A stretch of DNA of 64,000 nucleotides, from the NCBI GenBank assembly GCA_965203455.1, contig CBDBCV010000015.1:219359-283358 (forward strand), written 5' to 3'. The position numbers were made by a program, and so were the translations under genes. Every line of letters starts with the position of its first letter. The stretch's first letter is position 1. Source of the DNA: Alphaproteobacteria bacterium (lineage in GTDB: Bacteria; Pseudomonadota; Alphaproteobacteria; MPNO01). The notes under the pieces are model-generated. The model searched no databases and had not been told where the DNA came from. It saw only the letters and a program-made list of their open reading frames with translations. Positions 1-8,706 of this stretch are shown here, piece by piece.

Positions 1-258
1 GAGCGGGTATTGAAGGCGGATCCGCATTGCGGCCATCTCTTCATCTACCGCGGCCGCCGGGGCGACCTGATCAAGATGATCTGGTGGGACGGCCAGGGTG
101 CGTGCCTGTTCTCGAAGCGTCTGGAGCGCGGCCGCTTCGTGTGGCCGTCGGCATCGGAAGGGAAGGTGTCGGTGACGCCGGCGCAGCTGTCGATGCTGCT
201 TGAGGGGATCGACTGGCGGGCGCCGGTTCGCACCTGGAGACCGCTGGCCGCGGGCTGA
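1..258 (+). CDS. tnpB: IS66 family accessory protein TnpB (IS66 Orf2), 5' end outside window
   Basis: Translation ...IWWDGQGACLFSKRLERGRFVWP...SVTPAQLSMLLEGIDWR is the typical C-terminal half of IS66 Orf2; followed 75 bp later by an IS66 tnpC start. Confidence 0.8.
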   Translation, partial: ERVLKADPHCGHLFIYRGRRGDLIKMIWWDGQGACLFSKRLERGRFVWPSASEGKVSVTPAQLSMLLEGIDWRAPVRTWRPLAAG

Positions 259-332
259 TTCACCGTTTATAAACAATGGGTTGACTGTCATTCGGGCTTC
301 CCTTTGTCGGCCCCTTCGGGTAGGATGCGGCC

Positions 333-897
333 ATGCTCGAAGCGGCCCATTCCCTGCCCGACGACATCGCCGCGTTGAAGGCGATGGTGCTGGCCTCGCG
401 GGCCGAACTGGCGGCACGGGACGCCGAGCTGCGCAACCGCGATCTGTTGATCGAGAAGCTCAGGCACCAGCTTGCGGGTCTGCGGCGGCAGCGCTTCGGC
501 GTCACCTCGGAGGCCCTCGACCAGCTTGATCTCGGGCTGGAGGACGAGGAGATCGCGCGGGCGGCCGAGGCGCCGACCGAGCCGACGCCCGCCACGAAGA
601 AGCAGCCGAAGCGCCGTCCCCTGCCGGACCACCTGCCGCGCGAGGAGACGGTTCTCGCGCCGGGCGAGCGCTGCGCGGACTGCGGCGGCCGTCTCAAGCG
701 GCTCGGCGAGGATGTGACGGAGGAGCTGGAGTACATCCCCGGCCGCTTCGTGGTGAAGCGCATCGTCCGTCCGCGCCTGGCCTGCGGCGGCTGCGAGAAG
801 TTCCACCAGGCGCCGCTGCCGCCGCGACCGATCGAGCGCGGCCGACCGGGCCCCGGCCTTCTGGCGCATGTGCTGGTCTCGAAGTATTGCGATCACC
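333..897 (+). pseudogene. tnpC: IS66 family transposase TnpC, N-terminal exon (leucine-zipper plus CxxC...CxxC zinc-finger region), interrupted after the conserved ...CDH codon by a group II intron
   Basis: Protein aligns with the N-terminal 190 aa of the intact 545-aa TnpC at 37942..39579 (RCADCGG...LACGGCEK zinc finger; ...LVSKYCDH versus ...LVAKFADH|QPFYRQ). Reading frame ends a few codons into intron sequence that starts GTGTG at 898. Confidence 0.8.
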
Positions 898-2758
898 GTG
901 TGTCCTGAAGCACCGCCATGAAAGGAGGTGCGCAACTGCAAGAGAGATGAGGGTAGGCCCCTCGGGGTCGACGATCAGGCGTCGGTCTCAAACCACCACG
1001 AGCTGCTGTCGTAAAGAGCGATGGTGGTGAGCGTCGTGGAAACGGCGGGACGACGATCTCGTCAGGTGAGGTCCGGGGAGACGAGCGAAAGCGAACCGCC
1101 GATGAACTTCCGAAAGCGTATGGTCGATGTCAGAACCGGGGGTGGTGGTCACTCCGGGACAAGCATGGGCGGAGTCCTGGAGTCCGGCCCACGCGGCATC
1201 CGGCTCGAAGGCGGCGTGAACCCGGAACAGGCTTTCTTGCGGAACAGGAGAACCTGTCGTCCCGATGCCAAGGGAGACGGCCAACCGGGCAGCCCCCGGA
1301 AGGCTCAGAGTACCGATGCGGGGCACAGGGGCAGAACAGCCCGTAGTAGGGATGAAGGCGCTGTAATGGCGCTGGACCGAAGGGGCTGTGGTGTTCAGCC
1401 GCTGCCGTCGGCCAACTGGTGACAGGAGGAGCCGGATGACAGGGGCAAAGCCGTTCCCGATAGCAAAGAGGGAAGTCTGGGAAGCCTTCAAGCATGTGAA
1501 GGCAAACCGGGGAGCGGCTGGAGTAGATGGGCAGACGGTCGAGAGTCTGGAGGAACGGCTTGGTCCGGAACTCTACAAGCTCTGGAATCGCATGTCCTCA
1601 GGCAGCTATATGCCGCCTCCGGTTCGCAGGGTGAACATCCCCAAGGAGGGCGGCGGGAAGCGCCCGTTGGGCATACCGACGGTCACGGACCGCATCGCTC
1701 AGGAGGTTGTTCGCCGACATCTGGAGCCCTTGTTGGAACCGATTTTCCATGAGGACTCATACGGATATCGGCCGAAGCGATCCGCCATTGACGCCATCCG
1801 GACAGCGCGTCGGCGATGCTGGCGCTACGACTGGGTGCTGGACATGGACATCAAGGGGTTCTTCGACAACATCGACCACGAGTTGCTGCTGAAGGCCGTT
1901 CGTCACCATACGGACTGCCGGTGGGTGCTGCTCTATGTCGAGCGCTGGTTGAAGGCTCCCGTGATCGAGGAGGACGGCACCGTTGTCGCACGGGACAGGG
2001 GCACGCCACAGGGCGGGGTAATTTCGCCAGTATTGTCCAACCTGTTCCTGCACTATGCGTTCGATCAATGGATGAAAAGGTCGATGCCGCATGTTCCGTT
2101 CGAACGGTATGCGGACGATATAATCTGCCATTGTCGAACGGAGGAGGCGGCAAAGACCCTCTGGCGGCGGGTTGCGGACCGATTGGCCGAGTGCGGCCTG
2201 GAGGTCCATCCGCAGAAGACCAAGGTGGTCTACTGCAAGGATACCAACCGCAAGGCGGACTACCCGACGGTCGCGTTCGACTTCCTGGGCTACCGTTTCC
2301 AGCCAAGGTTCGCGGCGTGGCGCGGCGGGTTGTTCGGGGTCTCGTTCCTTCCGGCTGCCAGCCCGACTGCGCTCAAGGCGTTTCGGCGCCGCGTGCGACA
2401 GTGGCGTTTGCAACGGCGTAGCGACAAGGCACTGCTTGACCTTGCCCGCATGTTTCATCGCGAAATTGCAGGGTGGATCGGCTACTTCGGCGCATTCTAC
2501 AAGTCGGCGCTCTATCCGACCCTTCGTCTGATAGACGCCCACTTGCAGCGATGGGCAATGCGGAAGTTCAAACGCTTCCGACAACGACCGCGTCAGGCTC
2601 GTCTCTGGCTTGCCAGAATCGCGAAAGCGGAGCCGTGGCGGTTCGCCCATTGGACCCTTGTGCACGGGCAGGGCCGGACGCTGGGAGCCGTATGAGCTGA
2701 GAGGTTCACGTACGGTTCTGGGAGCGCGTGGGGGTGAGATTCCCCCGCGCGACTCGCT
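898..2758 (+). mobile_element. Group II intron (about 1861 bp) with intron-encoded RT/maturase, inserted in IS66 tnpC; 3' boundary approximate
   Basis: Begins GTGTG immediately after exon sequence GATCACC. The 1861-bp stretch recurs in reverse orientation at 28485..30345 in a different IS66 copy (encoded protein identical). Encodes an RT/maturase ORF in the domain IV position. The last shared bases are ...GCGACTCGCTTG. Confidence 0.8.
1388..2695 (+). CDS. ltrA-like: Group II intron reverse transcriptase/maturase (IEP); start may be the internal Met at 1436
   Basis: RT motifs: GIPTVTDRIAQEV (RT1/2), palm motifs FDNIDH and YADD, and a maturase X domain (GWIGYFGAFYKS). 435-aa ORF identical to 28549..29856(-). 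Confidence 0.9.
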   Translation: MVFSRCRRPTGDRRSRMTGAKPFPIAKREVWEAFKHVKANRGAAGVDGQTVESLEERLGPELYKLWNRMSSGSYMPPPVRRVNIPKEGGGKRPLGIPTVTDRIAQEVVRRHLEPLLEPIFHEDSYGYRPKRSAIDAIRTARRRCWRYDWVLDMDIKGFFDNIDHELLLKAVRHHTDCRWVLLYVERWLKAPVIEEDGTVVARDRGTPQGGVISPVLSNLFLHYAFDQWMKRSMPHVPFERYADDIICHCRTEEAAKTLWRRVADRLAECGLEVHPQKTKVVYCKDTNRKADYPTVAFDFLGYRFQPRFAAWRGGLFGVSFLPAASPTALKAFRRRVRQWRLQRRSDKALLDLARMFHREIAGWIGYFGAFYKSALYPTLRLIDAHLQRWAMRKFKRFRQRPRQARLWLARIAKAEPWRFAHWTLVHGQGRTLGAV

Positions 2759-2791
2759 TGATTCGCAGAGAAAATACGCCACAAAGAGTTT

Positions 2792-3115
2792 TTGCCTGAA
2801 TTTGTTCAATCGGCGCTGGTTAGTTTAGTTGGAAGCAAGGAGTACTTCGATAGAGATGCTGTGGTTCAAATCATTCGAGAATTGCGACGAAATTCAGGGA
2901 TATATCTGGGACGAACAGCTTTCGATGTTGCGCAAAATTTGACCGAACGAACGGATGCATTGGAAATCAGGGAATATTTTGATCGCTCTAACGATTGGGA
3001 ACGAAGAAGGATAATTCAACTTATGAAGAGTGCGTTACCGGAACAGGAATACCGGGCATGGAGACGTGCCATAAGAACATATATTGCGAAGGATCCTTTT
3101 GCACGAGCGATCTGA
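2792..3115 (+). CDS. Hypothetical 107-aa protein in a low-GC (about 43%) island directly upstream of a HigA-like antitoxin; possible toxin partner
   Basis: Clean ORF in an AT-rich block (about 2760..3270) that contrasts sharply with the 68% GC surroundings. TATAAT-like box at about 3122. No recognisable family from sequence alone. Confidence 0.45.
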   Translation: MPEFVQSALVSLVGSKEYFDRDAVVQIIRELRRNSGIYLGRTAFDVAQNLTERTDALEIREYFDRSNDWERRRIIQLMKSALPEQEYRAWRRAIRTYIAKDPFARAI

Positions 3116-3273
3116 TAGGATGTATAATATTGGCGTTATAACACTTTGTGGAACGACTCTTGACGGTCGTGCGCCGGCGCCGACCAACCAGTCAGGTGAT
3201 TACCGTCTCAGAACAGACTAGTAACGGCGACAATACAGCGTTATGGAATGACCCGGCAGGAGGATTCACCGCC

Positions 3274-3567
3274 ATGACCCGCCTCGACCCCGTCCACCCC
3301 GGCGAAATCCTCAAGCACGAGTTCATGGAGCCGCTCGGTCTCTCCGCCACCGCGCTCGCGGCGGCGATCGGGGTGACGCCGGCGCGGATCGGCGAGATCG
3401 TGCGAGGGCGGCGCGGAATCACGGCGGAGAGCGCGCTGCGGCTGGCGCGCTATTTCGGCACCGATGCGCGGAGCTGGATGAACCTCCGGGACCGCTACGC
3501 GCTGGCGGTCGCCGAGCGGGAGCAGGGCGCCGCGATCGATGCGATCCGGCCGCGGGCGGCGGGGTAG
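3274..3567 (+). CDS. higA: HigA-family antitoxin (XRE-type HTH)
   Basis: MTRLDPVHPGEILKHEFMEPLGLSATALAAAIGVTPARIGEIVRGRRGITAESALRLARYFGTDARSWMNLRDRY is the canonical HigA/VapI signature. The ORF-track start at 3148 is an upstream extension. Confidence 0.75.
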   Translation: MTRLDPVHPGEILKHEFMEPLGLSATALAAAIGVTPARIGEIVRGRRGITAESALRLARYFGTDARSWMNLRDRYALAVAEREQGAAIDAIRPRAAG

Positions 3568-3576
3568 GCGGGGAAC

Positions 3577-3640
3577 CGTCCCTCGATACGGCGTGTAGCC
3601 TGTCCCGAGCGAAGCCGAGGGGCGCCTGCTCGGGATGAGG
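3577..3640. repeat. Partial copy of palindromic repeat family B (CCGTCCCTCGATACGGCG...CTCGGGATGAGGG)
   Basis: Same sequence motif as the full palindromic copy at 15508..15610. Confidence 0.5.
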
Positions 3641-3701
3641 GTGGAGCAACTGCCCCCTCCCGTTCGCGGGAGGGGTTGGGGGAGGGCGGTCGAAAAATGC
3701 C

Positions 3702-4565
3702 CTACCGCGCGCGTCTCAGCGCCGTCTGGGTGAAGTCGCCGAGATCGAGGTCGGTGCCGAACTTGTAGTCCTTCCAGTTCAGCACGGTGCTCTTTCCCGT
3801 CAGGTGGTTGGTCATCGATATGGTGCCGGCCCGCCAGAAGCGGTCGAGATATTTCCTGTAGCCCTCCACCGTCATCGTCTTGAGATGCGCGTTGCGGCGG
3901 TCGAAATACTGGACCTGGATGTTGCGCAGCTCCTCGCGGTCGAGCCAGACGAGCTGGCGGGAGTATCCCGAATCCTTGTTCTTCGGCACGCGCTCCAGGA
4001 CGAAGCACCGGAGCTTGCCGCAGGCCTCCTCGCGCACGAAGCGGTGGGTGTATTTCCCGACCTCGACGGCGCCCATGTCCTCGTAGGAGAACTCGCTCCC
4101 CATGAAGGAGCCAGACTGCTTCGACGAGCTGATGCGCTTGACCCGCTTGAGCGCCGGCAGATAGAGCCACTGGTCGTCCGGCCCGTCCTTGTGGGCGTGG
4201 ACCAGGAACCCGGTCCCCTTGACGTTGCGCGGCCGGTCGAAGACGAAGACGGTCCGGTCGCCGTCGTTCTCGACCTCGATGACCCTGAGGCGGAGCTCGC
4301 GCTTGCTCTCCTGCCCCCGCTTGTTGCGGAGCGTCATCGTCAGGTTCGCGGTGAAATTGCCGAAACCCTTGTCGCTCTGGCGGGCCTCGGTGGCGATCCT
4401 GAGCCCGCGCTCCCCGGCGCTCTCGGCCGCGCCGGCGGCGGGCGGCTCGGCCGCCAGGGCGAGAATGGCGAGACAGACGCCCGAAAGCGTCAGCGTCCTG
4501 CTTGGGTGAGAAATGCGGGTCACCGTTTCCTCCTGTCTCAGGCTACCGGGTCCGTTCGATTTCAC
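3702..4565 (-). CDS. LolA-like outer-membrane lipoprotein-sorting family protein, secreted; likely partner of the adjacent RND exporter; start uncertain
   Basis: Signal-peptide-like LTLSGVCLAILALAA, then the conserved LolA-like/DUF1329-type core (YLPALKRVKRISSSKQSGSFMGSEFSYEDM...). Sits immediately downstream of the MMPL/RND gene on the same strand. Confidence 0.6.
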   Translation of the reverse strand: MKSNGPGSLRQEETVTRISHPSRTLTLSGVCLAILALAAEPPAAGAAESAGERGLRIATEARQSDKGFGNFTANLTMTLRNKRGQESKRELRLRVIEVENDGDRTVFVFDRPRNVKGTGFLVHAHKDGPDDQWLYLPALKRVKRISSSKQSGSFMGSEFSYEDMGAVEVGKYTHRFVREEACGKLRCFVLERVPKNKDSGYSRQLVWLDREELRNIQVQYFDRRNAHLKTMTVEGYRKYLDRFWRAGTISMTNHLTGKSTVLNWKDYKFGTDLDLGDFTQTALRRAR

Positions 4566-6881
4566 GCCGCAGCCGTTCCCCGATCTGCGCGGCGGTCTCC
4601 CTGGTTCCGTCGAGCGCCATCAGCAACGGCGGCAGGAACAGGAAGTCCGCCACCAGGGCGACGATAACCGTTATGCCCATCAGCAGGCCGAGCGCCTGGT
4701 TGTTCGCCATCCCCGACGCGCCGAACACCATGAACCCGATCGCGAACACGACGGTCGTCGCCAGCAGCGCCTTGCCCACCGTGCCGAACGCCGACTGCAC
4801 GGACTCCGAGGGCAGCAGCCCTTCCTTCCGGCCTCTCAGGTACTTCGTCATGAAGTGAATCGTGTCGTCCACGATAATCCCGAACGCGAGCGCGGTGACC
4901 ACCGACGCGGCGACCCCGACCTCCTTGACGGCGTAACCCCACAGGCCCATCGCCATGGCGGCCGGGACGAATTGGGGATCAGGCTGATCAGGCCGTGGCG
5001 CAGGCTCCTGAAGACGAAGACCAGCAGCAGCGAGACGATGCCCATGGCGATGACGGTGCCGATGAGCATGTTCTCGATGTTCCTCTTGATCGAATAGGCG
5101 CCCACGATGGTGACGCCGCTCGCGCCGGTTTCCATGCCGGCGGCGTTCTCGCGGAGCCAGGCTTGCGCGCGGTCGTCGAGGGCGATCTTCTCGCCGACTG
5201 CCAGGTTCCTGAGCACGGCCGTCATGCGCGTCGCCGACCGCTCGACATCGATCAGGTTGTTGAGATCGAGGCCGACCGGCAGGGAAAACTCGTAGAGCAG
5301 CAGATATTGCGCGGCGAGGTCCGAATCGTCCGGAACCCGGTAGAACGCCGGCTCGTCGCCGTTCAGGTTCTTGTTGAGCCGCTTCATGATGTCGGCGATG
5401 GAGAAGACGTGGGTGACTTCCGGCTGGGAACGGAGCCACGCGGCGAACGCGTCGACCTTGCGCAGATATTCCGCGTCCGTGACGCCGTCCGCCCCGCCCG
5501 CGCGGAGCGAGTACTCGAACGGTTCCAGACCGCCGAAGTTCCTGGCGATGAAATCCGCCGACCGCCGGTACTCGTAGCTGCGGTCGAGGAGTTCGTTGTG
5601 GTTTTCGTTGAGCTCGATGCGCGAGATGCCGGCGATCGACACGACCACCACGATGGCGAACGACCACAGCAAAGTCAGGTGGCGGGAAACCACGAACCGT
5701 CCGAAGGAATCGAAAAACCCCGGTTTCCCTTCGTCGCCGCGCCCGGCCCGCATGGGCACCAGCGAGATAAACGCGGGCAGCAGCGTCACCGCGTAGACGA
5801 AGGCGCATATCGAACCGAACGCCACGATGTTGCCCATGACGCGAAACGGCGGCATCTCCGAATAGTTCAGGCTCAGGAAACCGATCGCGGTGGTGAGCGA
5901 CGTCAGGAAAACGGGCCAGATGTTGAATTCCACGGCATGGATCGCCGCCTGCCGCCGGTCCATCCCCCGCCGCATCGCGGCCCGCACCGCCTCTATGATG
6001 TGCACCGCGTGCGCGACGGTGACCGCCATCAGGACGAATAGCGCCGCGCCGCTCTCGCCGTAGAGCGTCAGGCCCGCCCAGCCCGCGAAGCCGAGCCCGG
6101 ACAGGAGGACCGCGACCACCATCACGACGATCGACACGATCCCCCAGAGCGAGCGCAGCATGACTGTCGCGACGACCAGCATCGTCCCGAAAGCGACCGG
6201 CCCGAGAACGCCCATATCCTCGTCGAGCGCGTCGCGGATGGAGCGGTTGAGGAAGAGTTCGCCGGTAAGGTGGTATTCGATCGTCGAATGCTTCGCCCTC
6301 TCCGCCGCGGCGGCGGCGCGGAGAGAGTCGACGACTTCGGCCTTGGCCGCCTGCCGGTTCTCGTCGGGAAGCGCCATGCTGACGATCAGCGCGGCAACGC
6401 GGCCGTCGCGGGAAACGAGGCGCCCGGAAACCTCCTCGGTCCCGAGCGCGATCTCGCGCGCCCGCCTCATCGCGTCACCGTCGAGCGATCCGGCGTCGTC
6501 GATCAGCGGGCTGACGATCAGCTCGTCGCCGACGCCCCTGCTGTGGGAATAGTTCGCGATCGAATCGACGCGGGTGACATAGGGCGTTTGCCAGAGCCGT
6601 TCGGTCAGCTCCTCGACGGCAACCAGCGCTTCGCGCGTGAAAACCCCGCCGGTCTTCGGCGCGACCGCGACGAACGCGGTATCCGATATGGCGTAGGTGT
6701 CTTCCAGCCGCTCGAGCGCGACAAGGTGCGGGTCGTCCTCGTTGAAATGATTCCGGAAGTCGACATCGACGGGAACGATGAACTGCGCGCCCGCCGCAAG
6801 GACCGCCATCAGCGCCAGCGCAAGCAGGACGGTCAGCCACCGGCGCGCCATAATCAGCGCCGTGAAAGAGTGCAAATTCAT
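4543..6881 (-). pseudogene. RND/MMPL-family exporter (HpnN-like) carrying an apparent 1-nt frameshift near 4960-4975
   Basis: The 677-aa ORF 4848..6881 has 12 TM-type segments and two periplasmic loops. The homologous C-terminus (...GLWGYAVKEVGVAASVVTALAFGIIVDDTIHFMTKYLRGRKEG...) continues in another frame (ORF ending 4543). The junction LISLIPN/FVPAAMAMGLW lies around CCCCAATTCG. Confidence 0.7.
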
Positions 6882-6957
6882 CGCGGCTTGCCGAATATTC
6901 GACCGGTTCCGACTATAGCATCCGCCGCCCGCCCCGGCACGGACAATCCCCCCGCCG

Positions 6958-7983
6958 CTACCGCCCCGCGCCCGCCTCCCGCGCGATCCCGAGCAGGGCC
7001 TCGGCGCAGAGCGCGTCCGTCGCCGCGCCGGTCCGCTTGCACGCCGCCTCGGCCTCCACCAGCCGTTCGAGCGCCTCGCCGGCCTTCGCCGCGTCCCACA
7101 GCCGGAGTGCGTCGCGGAAGGCGGGCGCGCGCTTGAAGAACACCGGCGGGCGCAGCGCCTTCACCGCCGCGTCCGGGGAAGCGCCGGCCTCGATCCGGGC
7201 GGCGGCGAGCTGCAGCCGGGCGAAATGGCGCTGGGCCGCGCGCAGGATCGAGACCGCATGGACGCCTTCGTCGGCGAGGACGTCGAGGCCGGCGATCGCC
7301 GCCTCCGCGCGCCCCGCGGCCGCCGCGTCGCACAGCTCGTCGAGGGTGAGGCCGGACTGCGCGCCGCACGAGGCGGCGGCGTCCTCCAGCGTGATCGACC
7401 GGCTGTCGGCGGCATAGAGCACCAGCTTCTCGAGCTCCGAGCGGGTGATCTTGCGGTCCTCGCCGAGCCGGCCGGACAGGAACGCCATCGCGTCCGGCGT
7501 GACCGAGATCCCCGCCTCGTCCAGGGTCTGTCGGATCAGGCGCGAGACCGACGCCGCGTCGTCGGCGTAGCAAGCGATCGCCGCGGCGTCCGGCGCGTCC
7601 TCGAACAGCTTGCGGAGCTTCGAGCGCGGGCCGAGCTCGCCCGCCTCGACGATCGCGAGCGCGGCGGCGTGCTCGCTGTCCAGCAGGATGCGGCACGCCT
7701 CGGCGGCGGCGTCGGTGGCGGCCTCGAGCCGGACCAGCCGGGTCTCGCCGGTGAGCGAGAGCTGCGCCGCCTCGTCGGCCAGCAGGCCGGGCTCGTCGCC
7801 GAGCGCGGCGGGCGCCACCGCGGACACCCGGAACGGATCGGAGAGATCGCCCACATGCCGCTTGCCGAGCGCCGCCGCGCGTTCGCGCGCCAGCCCGCCG
7901 TCCGGGCCGTAGAACAGGACCGCCCGCAGGCTTTCCGGCGGGGCGGCGAGGAAGCGGTCCGCCCGGGCCGGGGGAACCTTCAT
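6958..7983 (-). CDS. holA: DNA polymerase III delta subunit
   Basis: MKVPPARADRFLAAPPESLRAVLFYGPDGGLARER... is the HolA N-terminus. Conserved leuS-lptE-holA order of alphaproteobacteria. Confidence 0.8.
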   Translation of the reverse strand: MKVPPARADRFLAAPPESLRAVLFYGPDGGLARERAAALGKRHVGDLSDPFRVSAVAPAALGDEPGLLADEAAQLSLTGETRLVRLEAATDAAAEACRILLDSEHAAALAIVEAGELGPRSKLRKLFEDAPDAAAIACYADDAASVSRLIRQTLDEAGISVTPDAMAFLSGRLGEDRKITRSELEKLVLYAADSRSITLEDAAASCGAQSGLTLDELCDAAAAGRAEAAIAGLDVLADEGVHAVSILRAAQRHFARLQLAAARIEAGASPDAAVKALRPPVFFKRAPAFRDALRLWDAAKAGEALERLVEAEAACKRTGAATDALCAEALLGIAREAGAGR

Positions 7984-8552
7984 CGCCGCCCGTACAGCCA
8001 GGCGGCGAGCCGCGTGGTCAGCCCGTCGGCGAGCTGGCGCACCCCGCGGGCGCGGGCGTCCCGCTCCGCGGCGAGCGTGGCGTAGGGGGATTGCAGGATG
8101 TTGTAGCTGTTGACCGAGCGCAGCTCGCCGGTCGTCGCCGTCCTGCCCTCGGCGGCGTCCTCCAGCACGTAGCGGGCGGTCAGCGTCAGGTTGACGCGGG
8201 TCGCCACGTCCTGCTTGACGACGCCGAGCCGCCTGGTGCTTTCCGCCACCGTCACCTGGAGCCGCCACGCCGCCGGCGCGTCCGGATCGCCCGGCGGGAA
8301 GCTGAGGAGCAGCGCGTTGCGCAGCTGCTGCCCGGTGCGGTCGGCGATCTGCTCGATCTGGACGCGGGCGAGCTCGCCGCGCGCGCCGCCGTCGGTCGCA
8401 TGGAGCGGCTTGAACCCGCAGCCCGCCGCGCCGGCGCCGAGCAGCGCCAGCGCGAGCCCCGCCGCGGCGAGTTTGAAGCCTCTAGCTCCGCCGTGACGAC
8501 GAAGGAGCGGTGCCGGCCTCTCTCCCGCCGCCCCGCTTTCCCCCACCGTCAT
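7980..8552 (-). CDS. lptE: LPS-assembly lipoprotein LptE; start codon predicted inside the REP element
   Basis: Lipobox LLGAGAAGC; LptE family body (RVQIEQIADRTGQQLRNALL...VNSYNILQSPY). The only ATG upstream of the signal peptide is the CATG of the REP arm at 8550-8552. Confidence 0.6.
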   Translation of the reverse strand: MTVGESGAAGERPAPLLRRHGGARGFKLAAAGLALALLGAGAAGCGFKPLHATDGGARGELARVQIEQIADRTGQQLRNALLLSFPPGDPDAPAAWRLQVTVAESTRRLGVVKQDVATRVNLTLTARYVLEDAAEGRTATTGELRSVNSYNILQSPYATLAAERDARARGVRQLADGLTTRLAAWLYGRR

Positions 8553-8658
8553 GCCCGGACTTGTTCCGGGCATCCACGTCCCTCCGCCGCTTCGCACGCT
8601 CCCGGCGCGCACCGCGATGCCGCAAGACGTGGATGCCCGGAACAAGTCCGGGCATGAC
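8546..8658. repeat. 113-bp composite palindromic element (REP/MITE-like family A): CGTCATGCCCGGACTTGTTCCGGGCATCCACGT ... ACGTGGATGCCCGGAACAAGTCCGGGCATGACG
   Basis: Perfect 33-bp inverted arms, each itself a hairpin. Further copies at 14151..14263 and 26131..26243, a half copy at 17248..17272, and variants at 14337..14422 and 13563..13661. Confidence 0.85.
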
Positions 8659-8706
8659 GACTCGAAGCGACGCGCCGGTAGCGAAGCCGCGCGGACCCGG
8701 TATGCG

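Noticed and set aside
333-908. 191-aa ORF as a complete small protein
   Set aside because: It is the 5' exon of an IS66 tnpC that runs into group II intron sequence. The terminal RVS* is intron-encoded.
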